A stretch of DNA of 63,647 nt, counting the filler, from Reclinomonas americana ATCC 50394 (lineage: Eukaryota), in NCBI GenBank assembly GCA_048213135.1. It is 14 parts of 14 records of this genome, joined end to end, with 100 filler letters (N's around TTAATTAATTAA, not from the genome) between each part and the next. Parts side by side here need not be neighbours in the genome. Positions count along the whole stretch, not along the records: positions 50,234 to 51,624 come from AFZH01017984.1; positions 51,725 to 57,551 come from AFZH01017985.1; positions 57,652 to 58,693 come from AFZH01017986.1; positions 58,794 to 61,339 come from AFZH01017987.1; 10 more parts are not named here. One strand, 5' to 3'. The position numbers and the translations under genes are program-made. Positions 50,385 through 61,141 of the stretch are shown here, piece by piece. The notes below the pieces were generated by a model, which made no database searches, was not told the origin of the DNA, and saw only the letters and a list, made by a program, of their open reading frames with translations. Position 1 is the stretch's first letter. Each line of letters starts with the position of its first letter.

Positions 50385-51624
50385 ATGATTCGCGACGAGC
50401 TGCGCCTCGCGCGTGTCATGGAGCAGCAGACAGAGCGCATTCGTTGCGTACCAGACACACACACTCACACTCCTCTGTGACACTCACACTCACACACACA
50501 CTCACAGGCAAGCGCTATCAGTCTGTGCGCACTCGCATGCAGCACGAGATGGACGCCACCGAGCGCACAGAAGACAAGCGCCACCGATCCGCCATTGTCG
50601 ACCGACGACGTGCCTCGGAGCTGTTTGCGGCAAAGCTCATTCCTGCGGAACAAACGGCCGTGCTGCTCTCACTCATCAAGCACAAGATGAACCCAGTTGC
50701 GTAGAGACACACTCAGGCGCAGAGGGAGAGAGAGAGAGATAAGGCGGCACAGGCGACGCATACGGCGTCGAAGGCGTCGACTTATCCGGCACCTATCCAC
50801 TCTCCGCTCCCTCCCTCACCCTCCCTCGCTCGTGCCACTCACTGTAACCCCCCCCCTCCTCTCTCTCTGTGCTCACTCAGATGCCATCGGTTCTGCGCCA
50901 CGGTCTCGCCTCGCAATCGTCGCACTCGCACTCTCCCTCGCTGCCAGCCGTGTCGCCCGAACCGTTCATGTTCTCGGCGCCACCAGTGGAGCGCACAGGT
51001 CGCTCGCGTGGTGTCAAGTTTGCTGCTGCGGGCGGCGCCGAGGACGACGGCGAGGACGACGGCGATGATGCGGAGAGCGGGGAGGCGATGGAGGCTGATG
51101 GTGATGATCAGCAGGCGCAGCAGCAGAACGCAGATTATGTGGACGAGGGTATTGGTGGTGGTGGTGGTGGTGCGCTGGCCGAGTGCGGGGACAAGGCACC
51201 GCCGCTGTCGCGCGGTTCGTCGGTCATGATATCGGCGTCGCAACTGTTGGATACGAGCGATGCGGTGTCGCAGGCGTACGCGAGTGTGGTGCAGGCGTAC
51301 AAGAGGCGGCAGTCGGTGGCCGCCGACGAGTGGGACATGGACTACGTGGGCGACGACGAGGAGAACACGGGTTACATGCGCGGATTGCTGCAGCCGAGGA
51401 AAACGCGCTCGTCGCTAAACAGCCGCGGTGGAGGCGACGGCGGTGGAGGCGAGCGAGGCGATCGGGGAGAGCGAGGAGAGCGAGTGCGACTGCCGTCCAT
51501 TTGCAGCGCGCCAACGTCGCCGCAGTCGTCGCCACCCAATCGCGATCCCTCCTTCACTGGCTCGTCGTCCTCCTCCGCAGCCGCCGCGGCCGCCGCTGCC
51601 GCCGCCGCCAATGGTGGACGCTCC
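50385..51624 (+). CDS. Hypothetical protein, coiled-coil-like start then low complexity (multi-exon, partial)
   Basis: Exons MIRDELRLARVMEQQ.., KRYQSVRTRMQHEM.. and MPSVLRHG.. linked by GT-AG introns. Confidence 0.5.
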
Positions 51625-51911
51625 NNNNNNNNNNNNNNNNNNNNNNNNNNNNNNNNNNNNNNNNNNNNTTAATTAATTAANNNNNNNNNNNNNNNNNNNN
51701 NNNNNNNNNNNNNNNNNNNNNNNNTGAGGCCGAGATGAAAATGGCGCGACGCGACCGTGCATTCCGGAAGAATGTCGCCGCAGCCGCCGCCAAACACACG
51801 CGCTCGCATAGTGTAAGATGAACGACATAAAAACGAATGAAGAAGAGCTTCATTTGTTTGTCATTTGTTGTTGTGTGCGGTGGTGTGCAGCACAAAAGAG
51901 CACACACGCGC

Positions 51912-52233
51912 TCAGAGGTTGGTCCAGTTGGCGTCCACAGACACGTTGCCAGCGCCCTACAAAGAGCGCGCGCGCGTGTGTGTGTGTGAGAACAAGTGTG
52001 AGAAGTGTGTGTGTGTGCGAGAAGAAGGGAGACGCAACCGAGGAGCTAATGGTGGCAGAGCCGCCGCTCATGTCGACGGTGCTTGAGCCGGGCTGGATGT
52101 TGGAGAAGCCGATGCTGTTGCCGGCGCCCGAGGAGGCGTCGCACATGTGCACAAACTGCTCGACACCGCTGCCGAGGCCGTCGAGGGCGCCGCCCAGAGA
52201 GAGGCCATGTCCGCTGCCGCTGAAGTCTGCCAT
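51912..52233 (-). CDS. Small (~80 aa) Gly/Ser-rich hypothetical protein, 2 coding exons
   Basis: ACAAAA-ATG context; MADFSGSGHGLSLGG...ATISSS|GAGNVSVDANWTNL*; GTTGCG...TTGTAG intron; C-ending codon bias. Confidence 0.6.
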
Positions 52234-52844
52234 TTTTGTCTGTGCTGTGTGTGCATGGAGAGAGTGGGGAGTGTGTGCGTGAGTGGGTGAGGCATGCAGA
52301 GAAGAGGAGGTGGTGGCGTCGGCGCACGGCAAACCTTTGAAGTGTGTGTGAGGGGCCGTGAGGCGAGCATGTTCTCGCACCCATCGATTTGTCCGTCAAT
52401 ATCAATGGATCGAGGTGGCAAAGCTCATGGTGATGATCAGAGAACAATAGAAGTCAAGGAATGCTCTCCAGTGCTGCTTCCACGTGCACCTGCCTGAACA
52501 ACAATAAAACCCTTCATTCGCGTACATTGCAATGCGACAACCATATGCATGACCACAAATCCCTTGCCCAATGACCTTGCAATTGGCACACCAACGACAA
52601 GACAACTATAGAAAACACGTAATTGCTCTTCTTCCAACAGTCATCTTCCCTTCCAACAGGCAAAGCCAACCAAACTCGTGTTGGCCTCAAAAAGTTTTCG
52701 TTGCAATTCTAACACAGTTGCAAGCAAGCATGCTCGCAGCGTCTGCCTTGCTCACTCCGGCTTCGGAAACATGGTGACACCTCGCACGAAACAAGAAGTG
52801 CAATGCAACGAACAGAGTTGTAGAGCTGCAGACATCTCCTCAGC

Positions 52845-53816
52845 TCACAGATGCAGGGCGGGGTCCGTGGCACATCGATGCACCACAACCTCGGCCTCCT
52901 CCACGATGAAACAGCGCAGCACCATCTCTGGCAAGCATCGCGATGAGTCCACCTCGTCATCGCTGTCGTCGTGTTGCATCGCTTGCACGACGCGCAACGC
53001 TGCACGTGCGTGGTCGAGCTCACACCAAGCAAGACCGCACGGCGTGGACCAGACGCGCACTGTCTTGTCGAAGCTGCCGCTGACAACGTGCTGACCATCG
53101 GGGGTGATGGCTACGGAAAAGAGCCGGCCTGTGTGTCCCTCTAGTCGGTGCACCTCGTGGCCTGTGGCCAGCGACCACACTCGCACGGTCATGTCCCAAC
53201 TCGCACTCACGACGTGCTGCCCGTCGGGGGCAACGGCGACCGACAACACGTACCCAGTGTGCCCCTCCAGTCGTCGCACCTCCTCACCACTCGCCAGTGA
53301 CCACACGCACACCGTCTGGTCATCACTCCCGCTGACAACGTGCTGGCCGTCGGGCGTGATGGCGACAGATCGCACGTACTGAGCGTGCGCCCTCCATCGT
53401 CGCACCTCAGTCCCACTGGCGACTGAGCACACGCACACTGTTCCATTATGCATCCCACTCACAGTGAACTGACCGTCGGGAGTGACGGTGGCGAAAAGCG
53501 CTGCACCAGTGCGCTTGTCCACTTGCTGTTTCTGTTCTCCACTGGCCAGAGACCACACTCGCACGACCTTGTCATCATCTCTACTCGCAATGTCGTGGCC
53601 ATCGGCAGTGACGGTGACACGCTGCACCATGCTCCTGTTGCTCTCCAACCGACGTACTTCTTTCCCACTCGCCAGAGACCACACCCGCACGGTCTTGTCC
53701 ACGCTCCCACTCACCGCGTGCAGACCATCGGGAGTGACAGTGACACACAGCACTCCTCCGGTGTGGCCCTCCAGCACATGCCGGGAGAGGAAGAGTGGGC
53801 GAGCAGGGCTCGACAT
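52845..53816 (-). CDS. Intronless WD40 protein (cluster B), 6 repeats with two degenerate
   Basis: Same leader and LPEMVLRCF tail; repeats 2-3 lack GH. Confidence 0.88.
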   Translation of the reverse strand: MSSPARPLFLSRHVLEGHTGGVLCVTVTPDGLHAVSGSVDKTVRVWSLASGKEVRRLESNRSMVQRVTVTADGHDIASRDDDKVVRVWSLASGEQKQQVDKRTGAALFATVTPDGQFTVSGMHNGTVCVCSVASGTEVRRWRAHAQYVRSVAITPDGQHVVSGSDDQTVCVWSLASGEEVRRLEGHTGYVLSVAVAPDGQHVVSASWDMTVRVWSLATGHEVHRLEGHTGRLFSVAITPDGQHVVSGSFDKTVRVWSTPCGLAWCELDHARAALRVVQAMQHDDSDDEVDSSRCLPEMVLRCFIVEEAEVVVHRCATDPALHL

Positions 53817-54116
53817 TCAAGGAGAGTGGAAGAAGGACGGACTGGAGAAGGGAGCAAAGTGTCCTGGGATCAACGTCTCGAAGCTCACCGTGATGGACTT
53901 GGCAAGATAGAGCTCAAGAAGCGCAGCGCAGCATGGCGTCTCTGTCGTCGAGTTCCGAAACAGAATGCATTCATTTCAGCTCACAGGAAATGAGCGAGAG
54001 AGCGAGAAAGGTAATATGACAACGATCAAAGCGGACCAACAACAGCGTCGAAAACGAGGATGAGGAAGAAAAAAGGGCGTGAACGAGCACAGGCGCCACT
54101 CTCCGTAAAACCATCT

Positions 54117-55211
54117 TCACAGACAAAGTTCGGGATCGGTGAGGCATCGATACATCACAACCTCAGCCTCTTCAACAATGAAGCACCGCAGCACCAGCTC
54201 CGGCAGACATCGTGAGTCCACTTCTTCACCGCTGTCGTGTTGCATCTCCTGGACAACGTGCAGTGCCTCGCGTGCCTTCTCAAGCTCACGTTGCGCAAGA
54301 CCGACGGGTGTGCACCACACTCGTACCGACTTGTCTGCACTCACAATGTGCTGGCCGTCGAGGGTGACGGAGACAGATTGCACACGGTACGTGTGTCCCT
54401 CCAGCCGCTGCACTTCGGCGCCACTCTCCACAGACCAAACACACACGGTCATGTCAGCACTTCCACTCACGACGTAATGGCCGTCGATGGTGAAGGCAAC
54501 AGACCACACCGCAGCAGAGTGTCCCACAAACTGCCGCACCTCTGCTCCACTCGCCAGTGACCACACGCGCACTGTCAGATCACCAGAGCCGCCACCACTT
54601 GCAAGGTGCTGACCGTCGGGTGAGACAGCGACACACAGCACCCCACCAGTGTGTCCTCGTAGCAGTTGCTCTGCATTGCCGCTCACCAACGACCACACAC
54701 GCACGGTACCGTCATAAGCGCTGCTCACAACACGCAGACCGTCGATAGTGAAGGCGACAGAACGCACTGCACCAGTGTGCCCTTTCAACCGTCTCACTTC
54801 TTCACCAGTCACCAGGGACCACACACGTACTGTCTTGTCAATGCTACCACTCGCAGCGTGCTGGCCATCAGGAGAGACGGCAACGGTCCACACCAACGCA
54901 GTGTGTCCCCTCAACTGCCTCACTTCTCCTCCGCTGACCAGTGACCACACTCGCACAGTGTTGTCTGTGCTCCCACTCACCAGGTGCTCGTTATTCGGAG
55001 ACACGGCGACAGCATTCACGGGATCAAAGTGCCCCCTCAAGCACAGCACCTCTTCTCCACTCGCGAGCGACCACACGCGAATCGTCCGGTCGAAGCCTCC
55101 ACTCACAATGTGCTGGCCATCACGAGTGACAGTGGCACACAAAGCCCCCCCAGCGTGTCCCTCTTGCACGTGCTGGCAGAGGAGGAAGTGAGGGCGAGAA
55201 GCGCTTGCCAT
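54117..55211 (-). CDS. Intronless 7x WD40 protein (cluster B)
   Basis: Start MASASRPHFLLCQ inferred from paralogs; tail LPELVLRCF...DPELCL. Confidence 0.92.
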   Translation of the reverse strand: MASASRPHFLLCQHVQEGHAGGALCATVTRDGQHIVSGGFDRTIRVWSLASGEEVLCLRGHFDPVNAVAVSPNNEHLVSGSTDNTVRVWSLVSGGEVRQLRGHTALVWTVAVSPDGQHAASGSIDKTVRVWSLVTGEEVRRLKGHTGAVRSVAFTIDGLRVVSSAYDGTVRVWSLVSGNAEQLLRGHTGGVLCVAVSPDGQHLASGGGSGDLTVRVWSLASGAEVRQFVGHSAAVWSVAFTIDGHYVVSGSADMTVCVWSVESGAEVQRLEGHTYRVQSVSVTLDGQHIVSADKSVRVWCTPVGLAQRELEKAREALHVVQEMQHDSGEEVDSRCLPELVLRCFIVEEAEVVMYRCLTDPELCL

Positions 55212-55490
55212 TGATGATCGATGTGAAAAGTGTCCTGGATGTCGACGTCTCGAAGCTCGCCGCGATGGACTTGGCAAGACAGAACTCGAGAAGTGCAGCG
55301 TATGGCTTCTCTGTCGTCGAGTTCCGAAACAGAATTCATTCCTTTCAGCTCGCAGGAAAGGAGCGATTGCGAGCGAGAAAGGTAAAATGACTACGATCAA
55401 AGGAGCTGGACCAACAACAGCGTCGAAAACGAGGATGAGGAAGAAAAAAGGGCGTGAACGAGCACAGGCGCCACTCTCCGCAAACAGTGT

Positions 55491-56579
55491 TCACAGACAA
55501 AGTTCGGGATCCGTGAGGCATCGATACATTTCAGCGCCAGCCTCCTCCACAATGAAGCACCGCAGCACCATCTCCGGCAGACATCGTGAGTCCACCTCTT
55601 CACCGCTATCGTGTTGCATTTCCTGGACGACCTGCATCGCCTCACGTGCTGCATCGACCTCACTTCGCGCATGAACGACGGGTGTGCACCACACTCGCAC
55701 AGTCGCGTCAAGGCTCCCGCTCACTATATGCTGGCCATCGGGGGTCACGGCAACAGCCTGCACCCACGAAAAGTGTCCCTCCAGTCGACACAATTCTTCT
55801 CCGGTCGCCAGTGACCACACTCGCACTGTTTTGTCTGCGCCCCCACTCACGATATGTCGCCCGTCGGAGGTGACGGCAACAGACCACACCGCAGCAGAGT
55901 GTCCCTCCAGTCGCTGCACTTCTCCGCCTGTCGCCAATGACCACACACGCACGGCGTTGTCGTGGCCACCGCTCACAATGAGCTGACCATCGGGAGTGAT
56001 GGCGATACAGCGCACAACCGCCGTATGCCCCTCCAACTGCAGCACTTCTTCGCCGCTCGCCAGTGACTGTACGCGTACTATGTCATCATAACAGCCACTG
56101 ACAATGCACTGAGAATCGGGAGTGATGGCAATGGAGGTCACATCCCACGTGGGTCCCTCAAATCGTCGCACCTCTTCTCCAGTCAACAAAGACCACACGC
56201 GTACTGTCTTGTCGTATCCGCCACTCACGATGTACTGACCATCAGGAGTGACAGCGACGGACGCTATCTCATCGGAGTGTCCCTCCAGTCGTTGCACCTC
56301 CTCGCCACTCGCCAGCGACCACACACGCACCGTCGTGTCAACACTCCCACTCACAACGCTGTGACAATTAGGAGTGACGGCGATGGATGACACTCCTTTA
56401 GTGTGTCCTTCCAACCGTAACATTTCTTCTCCACTTGCAAGTGACGACACTCGCACGATCGACCCACCCCCGCTCACGATATGCTGCCCATCGGGAGTGA
56501 TAGCAACGCACCACACCGCGTGAGAGTTGCCCTTCAGCACGTGCTTGCAGTGGAAGAGAGGGCGAGAAGCGCTCGCCAT
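55491..56579 (-). CDS. Intronless 7x WD40 protein (cluster B)
   Basis: Same leader, repeats and tail as the other cluster B genes. Confidence 0.92.
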   Translation of the reverse strand: MASASRPLFHCKHVLKGNSHAVWCVAITPDGQHIVSGGGSIVRVSSLASGEEMLRLEGHTKGVSSIAVTPNCHSVVSGSVDTTVRVWSLASGEEVQRLEGHSDEIASVAVTPDGQYIVSGGYDKTVRVWSLLTGEEVRRFEGPTWDVTSIAITPDSQCIVSGCYDDIVRVQSLASGEEVLQLEGHTAVVRCIAITPDGQLIVSGGHDNAVRVWSLATGGEVQRLEGHSAAVWSVAVTSDGRHIVSGGADKTVRVWSLATGEELCRLEGHFSWVQAVAVTPDGQHIVSGSLDATVRVWCTPVVHARSEVDAAREAMQVVQEMQHDSGEEVDSRCLPEMVLRCFIVEEAGAEMYRCLTDPELCL

Positions 56580-56877
56580 TTTTTTGGCGTGAAGAATGTC
56601 CCATCGATACGGGATCGACGTCGAAGCTGCTGCGCCATGGTGGACTCGGCTGGTTGGGAGAGTTCGTAGTTCGTAAAGAGTGACAAGAGCTCAAGAGGCA
56701 CGCTGCAGCATGCCTTCTCTGTCGTCGAGTGCCGAAACAGAATCCATTCATTTCAGCATGCCGAGAGAGATAGAAAGACAACGATCAGTGGAGCTGCAGC
56801 AACAGCAGCGGCGACAGCGAGAATGAGGAAGAAGACAAAGCGCACGAGGATAGACAGCACTCTCCTTGCATCCAGTC

Positions 56878-57819
56878 TCACAGACAAAGTTCGGGATCTG
56901 TGAGGCATCGATACATCACAACACCAGCCTCCTCCACAATGAAGCACCGCAGCACCATCTCTGGCAGACATCGTGAGTCCGGATCCTTCTTTCGCTGCAT
57001 CTCCTGGACGACCTGCAGTGCCTCGCGTGCTGCATCGACCTCACAACGAGCGAGACCGACGGGGGTGCTCCACACTCGCACTGTCTTGTCTAGGCTCCCG
57101 CTCACTACGTGCTGGCCATCGCGTGTCACGGCGAGAGTCCCCACCGCGTCAGTGTGTCCCTCCAGTCGACACAATTCCTCTCCGGTCGCCAGCGACCACA
57201 CTCGCACTGTTTTGTCGTCACTCCCGCTCACAATATGTCGCCCATCGTGAGTGACAGCCACCGAGCACACCTCCTCTGCGTGTCCCTCCAACCGTTGCAC
57301 TTCTTCTCCGCTCGCCAGCGACCACACACGCACGGCATTGTCGTGGCCACCGCTCACGATGTGCTGGCAGTCGGGCGTAGCAGTGACGGAACACACTCCT
57401 GCATCATGTCCGGCCAACTGCCGCACCGCCTCGCCACTCGCCAGTGACCACACACGCACCATGTTATCAAAGCCTCCACTCACCACATGCTGACCATCGG
57501 GAGTGACGGCGACGCATGTCACCGCATGCGCGTGCCCCGTCAATCGTCGCANNNNNNNNNNNNNNNNNNNNNNNNNNNNNNNNNNNNNNNNNNNNTTAAT
57601 TAATTAANNNNNNNNNNNNNNNNNNNNNNNNNNNNNNNNNNNNNNNNNNNNCAGTAACACCTCTTCTCCACTCGTCAGTGACCACACACGACCAGTGTCG
57701 TCGAAGCCACCGCTCACAATGTGTTGCCCGTCGGGAGTGAGGGCGATCGCCCATACTCCTCCAGTGTGACCCTCCAGCACGTGTTGGCACAGGAAGAGAG
57801 GAGGTGCTTCGCTCGACAT
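56878..57819 (-). CDS. WD40 protein(s) (cluster B) interrupted by a gap
   Basis: N-terminus MSSEAPPLFLCQ at 57819; C-terminal four repeats and tail at 56878-57550. May be one gene or two. Confidence 0.85.
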
Positions 57820-58420
57820 TAAAGACGGAGAAAAGGTGTCCTACGGATGCAGGATCGAAGCTGCTGGTACGTAGTTGTTTGCAGTTCAAGAATGCAAGTA
57901 GCACGCCTTCCTGTCTGTCTTGATCAAAGTATCCCAAACAGAATTCATTCATTTCAACAACGAGAACCGTGCCTTCATCATGCTTTCCCGTATGCCTCTC
58001 CCGCAATGAACGCCCACAGCACCATCTCCAATTCATCCGCGCCCTCCACCGCTGCATCAATTCGCCGTCGTAATCCAACACAAACGCCGTCATAGCCACA
58101 CTCCAGCTTGCAAAGAGCCTCACTGTTGGTGGAGAAAGTCTCTTGTCTCGTCAAGGGTCATGTCACCCACAGAGTTTACACGTGCCTTAAGCCAGTAAAC
58201 GAGCCTGCTAAGCCCGTCTCAGACGTGGGCGAACCAGGGTGTGCAGATGTGTCTCTCTAACCACTGCATCTCGCGCGACTCCCCTTCCCGTCTTAACAAC
58301 AAGCATGTATTCACTCACTTCTTACTGTTTCGCCGCTTCAGCTGCGGAGCATCTGCCACATACTCTGTTGCGTCGTCCTCGCGCGGTCTCTTCGTCTTCC
58401 GAGTCTGCAAGAGACGCTAG

Positions 58421-59358
58421 TTAGACTCCACTGTCACCTCCTTCTCCCCAATCGGCACTCACCGCCTCCTTCTCCTTGAATCTCTTGCCCAGGTCATGCA
58501 CCGACATTTCCTGCGCCTTTGGCACCGCCCCAGACCGCGAAGCGCCGGCGGCTGCTGACTGCGCCTCCGTCGACGACTTCTTCTGCTTGTGCTTCTCCAC
58601 CGGAGGCACAAACGCCTTCTTCCGTTCCTGCAATTCATCCCATTCTCAGCAACGTGCGCCACCACGAAACATCCCCATCGCACACTCACCTCANNNNNNN
58701 NNNNNNNNNNNNNNNNNNNNNNNNNNNNNNNNNNNNNTTAATTAATTAANNNNNNNNNNNNNNNNNNNNNNNNNNNNNNNNNNNNNNNNNNNNCTGCCGG
58801 CATCAGCATCGTCGCGCAATAGACCCACCGCCTGTGCTGTTTCCCACATGCCAACGCAACTTCCACCAGATTCAGCTCGCACCCAATGCCGTACTGCTCC
58901 AGTCGTCGAGTGATCTCCGGCCACGACTAAGCAAGCACACGTCAGCAACTCACTCGCGAACAGAGTGACAGTCGTCACAAACCTCGCGCAAGTACTTTTC
59001 CCTGTACGCGGGAAACAGCGTCGCAAACGAGCTCTCCTCCAACAGCGGCGCCTTCATGTCGCCCTGCGCATCAACAACAACAACAAGAAAAAGGAGAGAG
59101 TGAGCCATGTGCACATTCACATCACCAACACGCGCGTCACTTTCTTTTCCACCGCACCTCCTTGAACGGCTCAATCTTCCACTTGTCGACATCCTCAGTG
59201 TCCCAAGGCTGCGCGCAAAAGAAGATGAGCATGAAACACAGAAGACACACACACAAGCGCACACAACACGCGCATGCCTTGTTATCCATGCGCTTCTGCT
59301 TGCCGCGCTTTGGTCGCGTGTCGCTGTGCGCAGTCGGCGCCTCTTCGTCGACCTCCAT
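58421..59358 (-). CDS. KRR1: KRR1 small-subunit processome component (middle missing in gap)
   Basis: K|PWDTEDVDKWKIEPF, LLEESSFATLFPAYREKYLRE, CELNLVEG; probable C-terminal ERKKAFVPPVE exon beyond the gap. Confidence 0.9.
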
Positions 59359-59439
59359 TGTTTGCGGGCTTGCGGTGCACAAAGACGATGAATTACGGGA
59401 TGAAATTACCATCGATCATCGATATCGACCTTTGTTGAG

Positions 59440-60672
59440 ATGGCGGGCCGCGGTGGCTACAGCACTCTCGACGAGCCGAGCTCCACGACCGCCTCTGGTG
59501 TCAGCAGCGTCAATCACGCGGGCGGTGCGACGAGCACGCGGAAGAGCGCACTCAGTCGCATTTTGTATAGCGATGAGGGCGGTGTGCGCGCGTTTGTGCG
59601 GCAGATGGTGGGCGAGTTCCTCGGAACCATGTTGTTGCGTCTTATGTAAAAGAGAGAAGGATTTGAGTGGAGTGATGACGTCTTTTGTTCTGCTGATGCA
59701 GCTTGCTGTCGCTCATTGGATACACGACCATTGGTGAGCCGCACTGTGCATTATCGACTCTCTCTCTCACACGCACTGACACACATGCGCATTCAATAGT
59801 GACTGGCAACCCGTCACTGCGGTGAGACAACGAGAGAGAGTGTGTGTGTGTGTGCAACAGAGAGCATGCTGATGATGATAATTATTCCGACAGCCAAGGC
59901 GATGCGAATGCCATTGGCCGGCTGATTGCGGCGGCGGGCGTCAACGGTTTGGCCGTTGGCTTCATTGTGTTTACGTTTGCGCACGTGTCGGGTGCATTCA
60001 TCAACCCCGCCAACGTGCTGGCGCACATTGTGGCCGGGCGCTTCCCGCACTCGTATCTGCGTGCGGTGTTTTACATTATTGCCGAGTGCCTCGGTGGTGA
60101 GTGAGTGGCCGCTTGTGGAGAACGAGCGAGTGGCACTCGCTCACTGTCCTCTGCAGCGATCATTGGCTGCGTGCTGCTGTTGGTGCTGCCGGGCGCCCTC
60201 GATGAGAAGTGCGGCTCGACGGTTCCTGGGCCGGCGGTCTCGCAGGGCACGGCGCTGGTGACGGAGATCTTCCTCACGTTCACGCTGCTGCTGTCGGTGC
60301 TCCTGGTCACCAAGAATCCCGCCTTCAAGAAGCTGGTCCCTGTCGTTGCGTTGGCGCGGTGGAATGCACAGTCACACACATGCAATAGTCTCTCTTCTCA
60401 ACACTGCTGCTTCTCCGGTGCAGAGCGTCGGCGCTGTGGTCGCCGCCAATGTGTTTGCCGGTGCCTGGGTGTCGGGCGCCAGCATGAACCCCGCGCGCTC
60501 CTTTGGCCCGGCTCTCGTCGCCGTGTCGTGGACCGGCTGGTGGATCTACTGGCTCGGACCGGCCATCGGTGCCATTGGTGCCGGTGCGCTGTGGCGCTGG
60601 GTGCTGCAGGACTCCGCGGCTGAGGAGGCAGCTGATGCGGAGAAGGGCGAGCTGCGTCGCTTGCGACCGTAA
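59440..60672 (+). CDS. Aquaporin (MIP family, TIP/AQP8-like), 6 exons
   Basis: [37 protein letters not shown]; five GT-AG introns splice in frame. Confidence 0.93.
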
Positions 60673-61141
60673 TGCTATTCGCCCAATTTATCCTTTTCTC
60701 TTTCTCGCTCTCATCTCTCTCCTTCCCAAACACATGCACTTGCATTCATTTGACAGCCGCCGTGTGAGCACACGCCATTAAAAAGAAAAGAGAGAAAAAT
60801 AGGAAGGGGTACGGAGACGCAGTGCCGGCGGAAGAAACACACCACGCGCACAAATTCCCCCCGGTGCTTCCCCGCACTTGGCACTTGTCGCACACACCCA
60901 ACCACGTTCCAGAGCGCGGCCACCACCAGCAAACCCATCAGCAGCAAGAGACGGTACCATACATGCGGAGATGTATACAGAGTGTTGAGACACACATACA
61001 TACTGACAGACACAGACACAGACACTAACACAGGATGTTGCCGCAATGAAAAAAATGAAGACACAGCAGAAAAAGAGGAGTAATAGACAGACACACACAT
61101 ACGCACACACAAAAGCACAGAGACTGATACGCGACCACACT

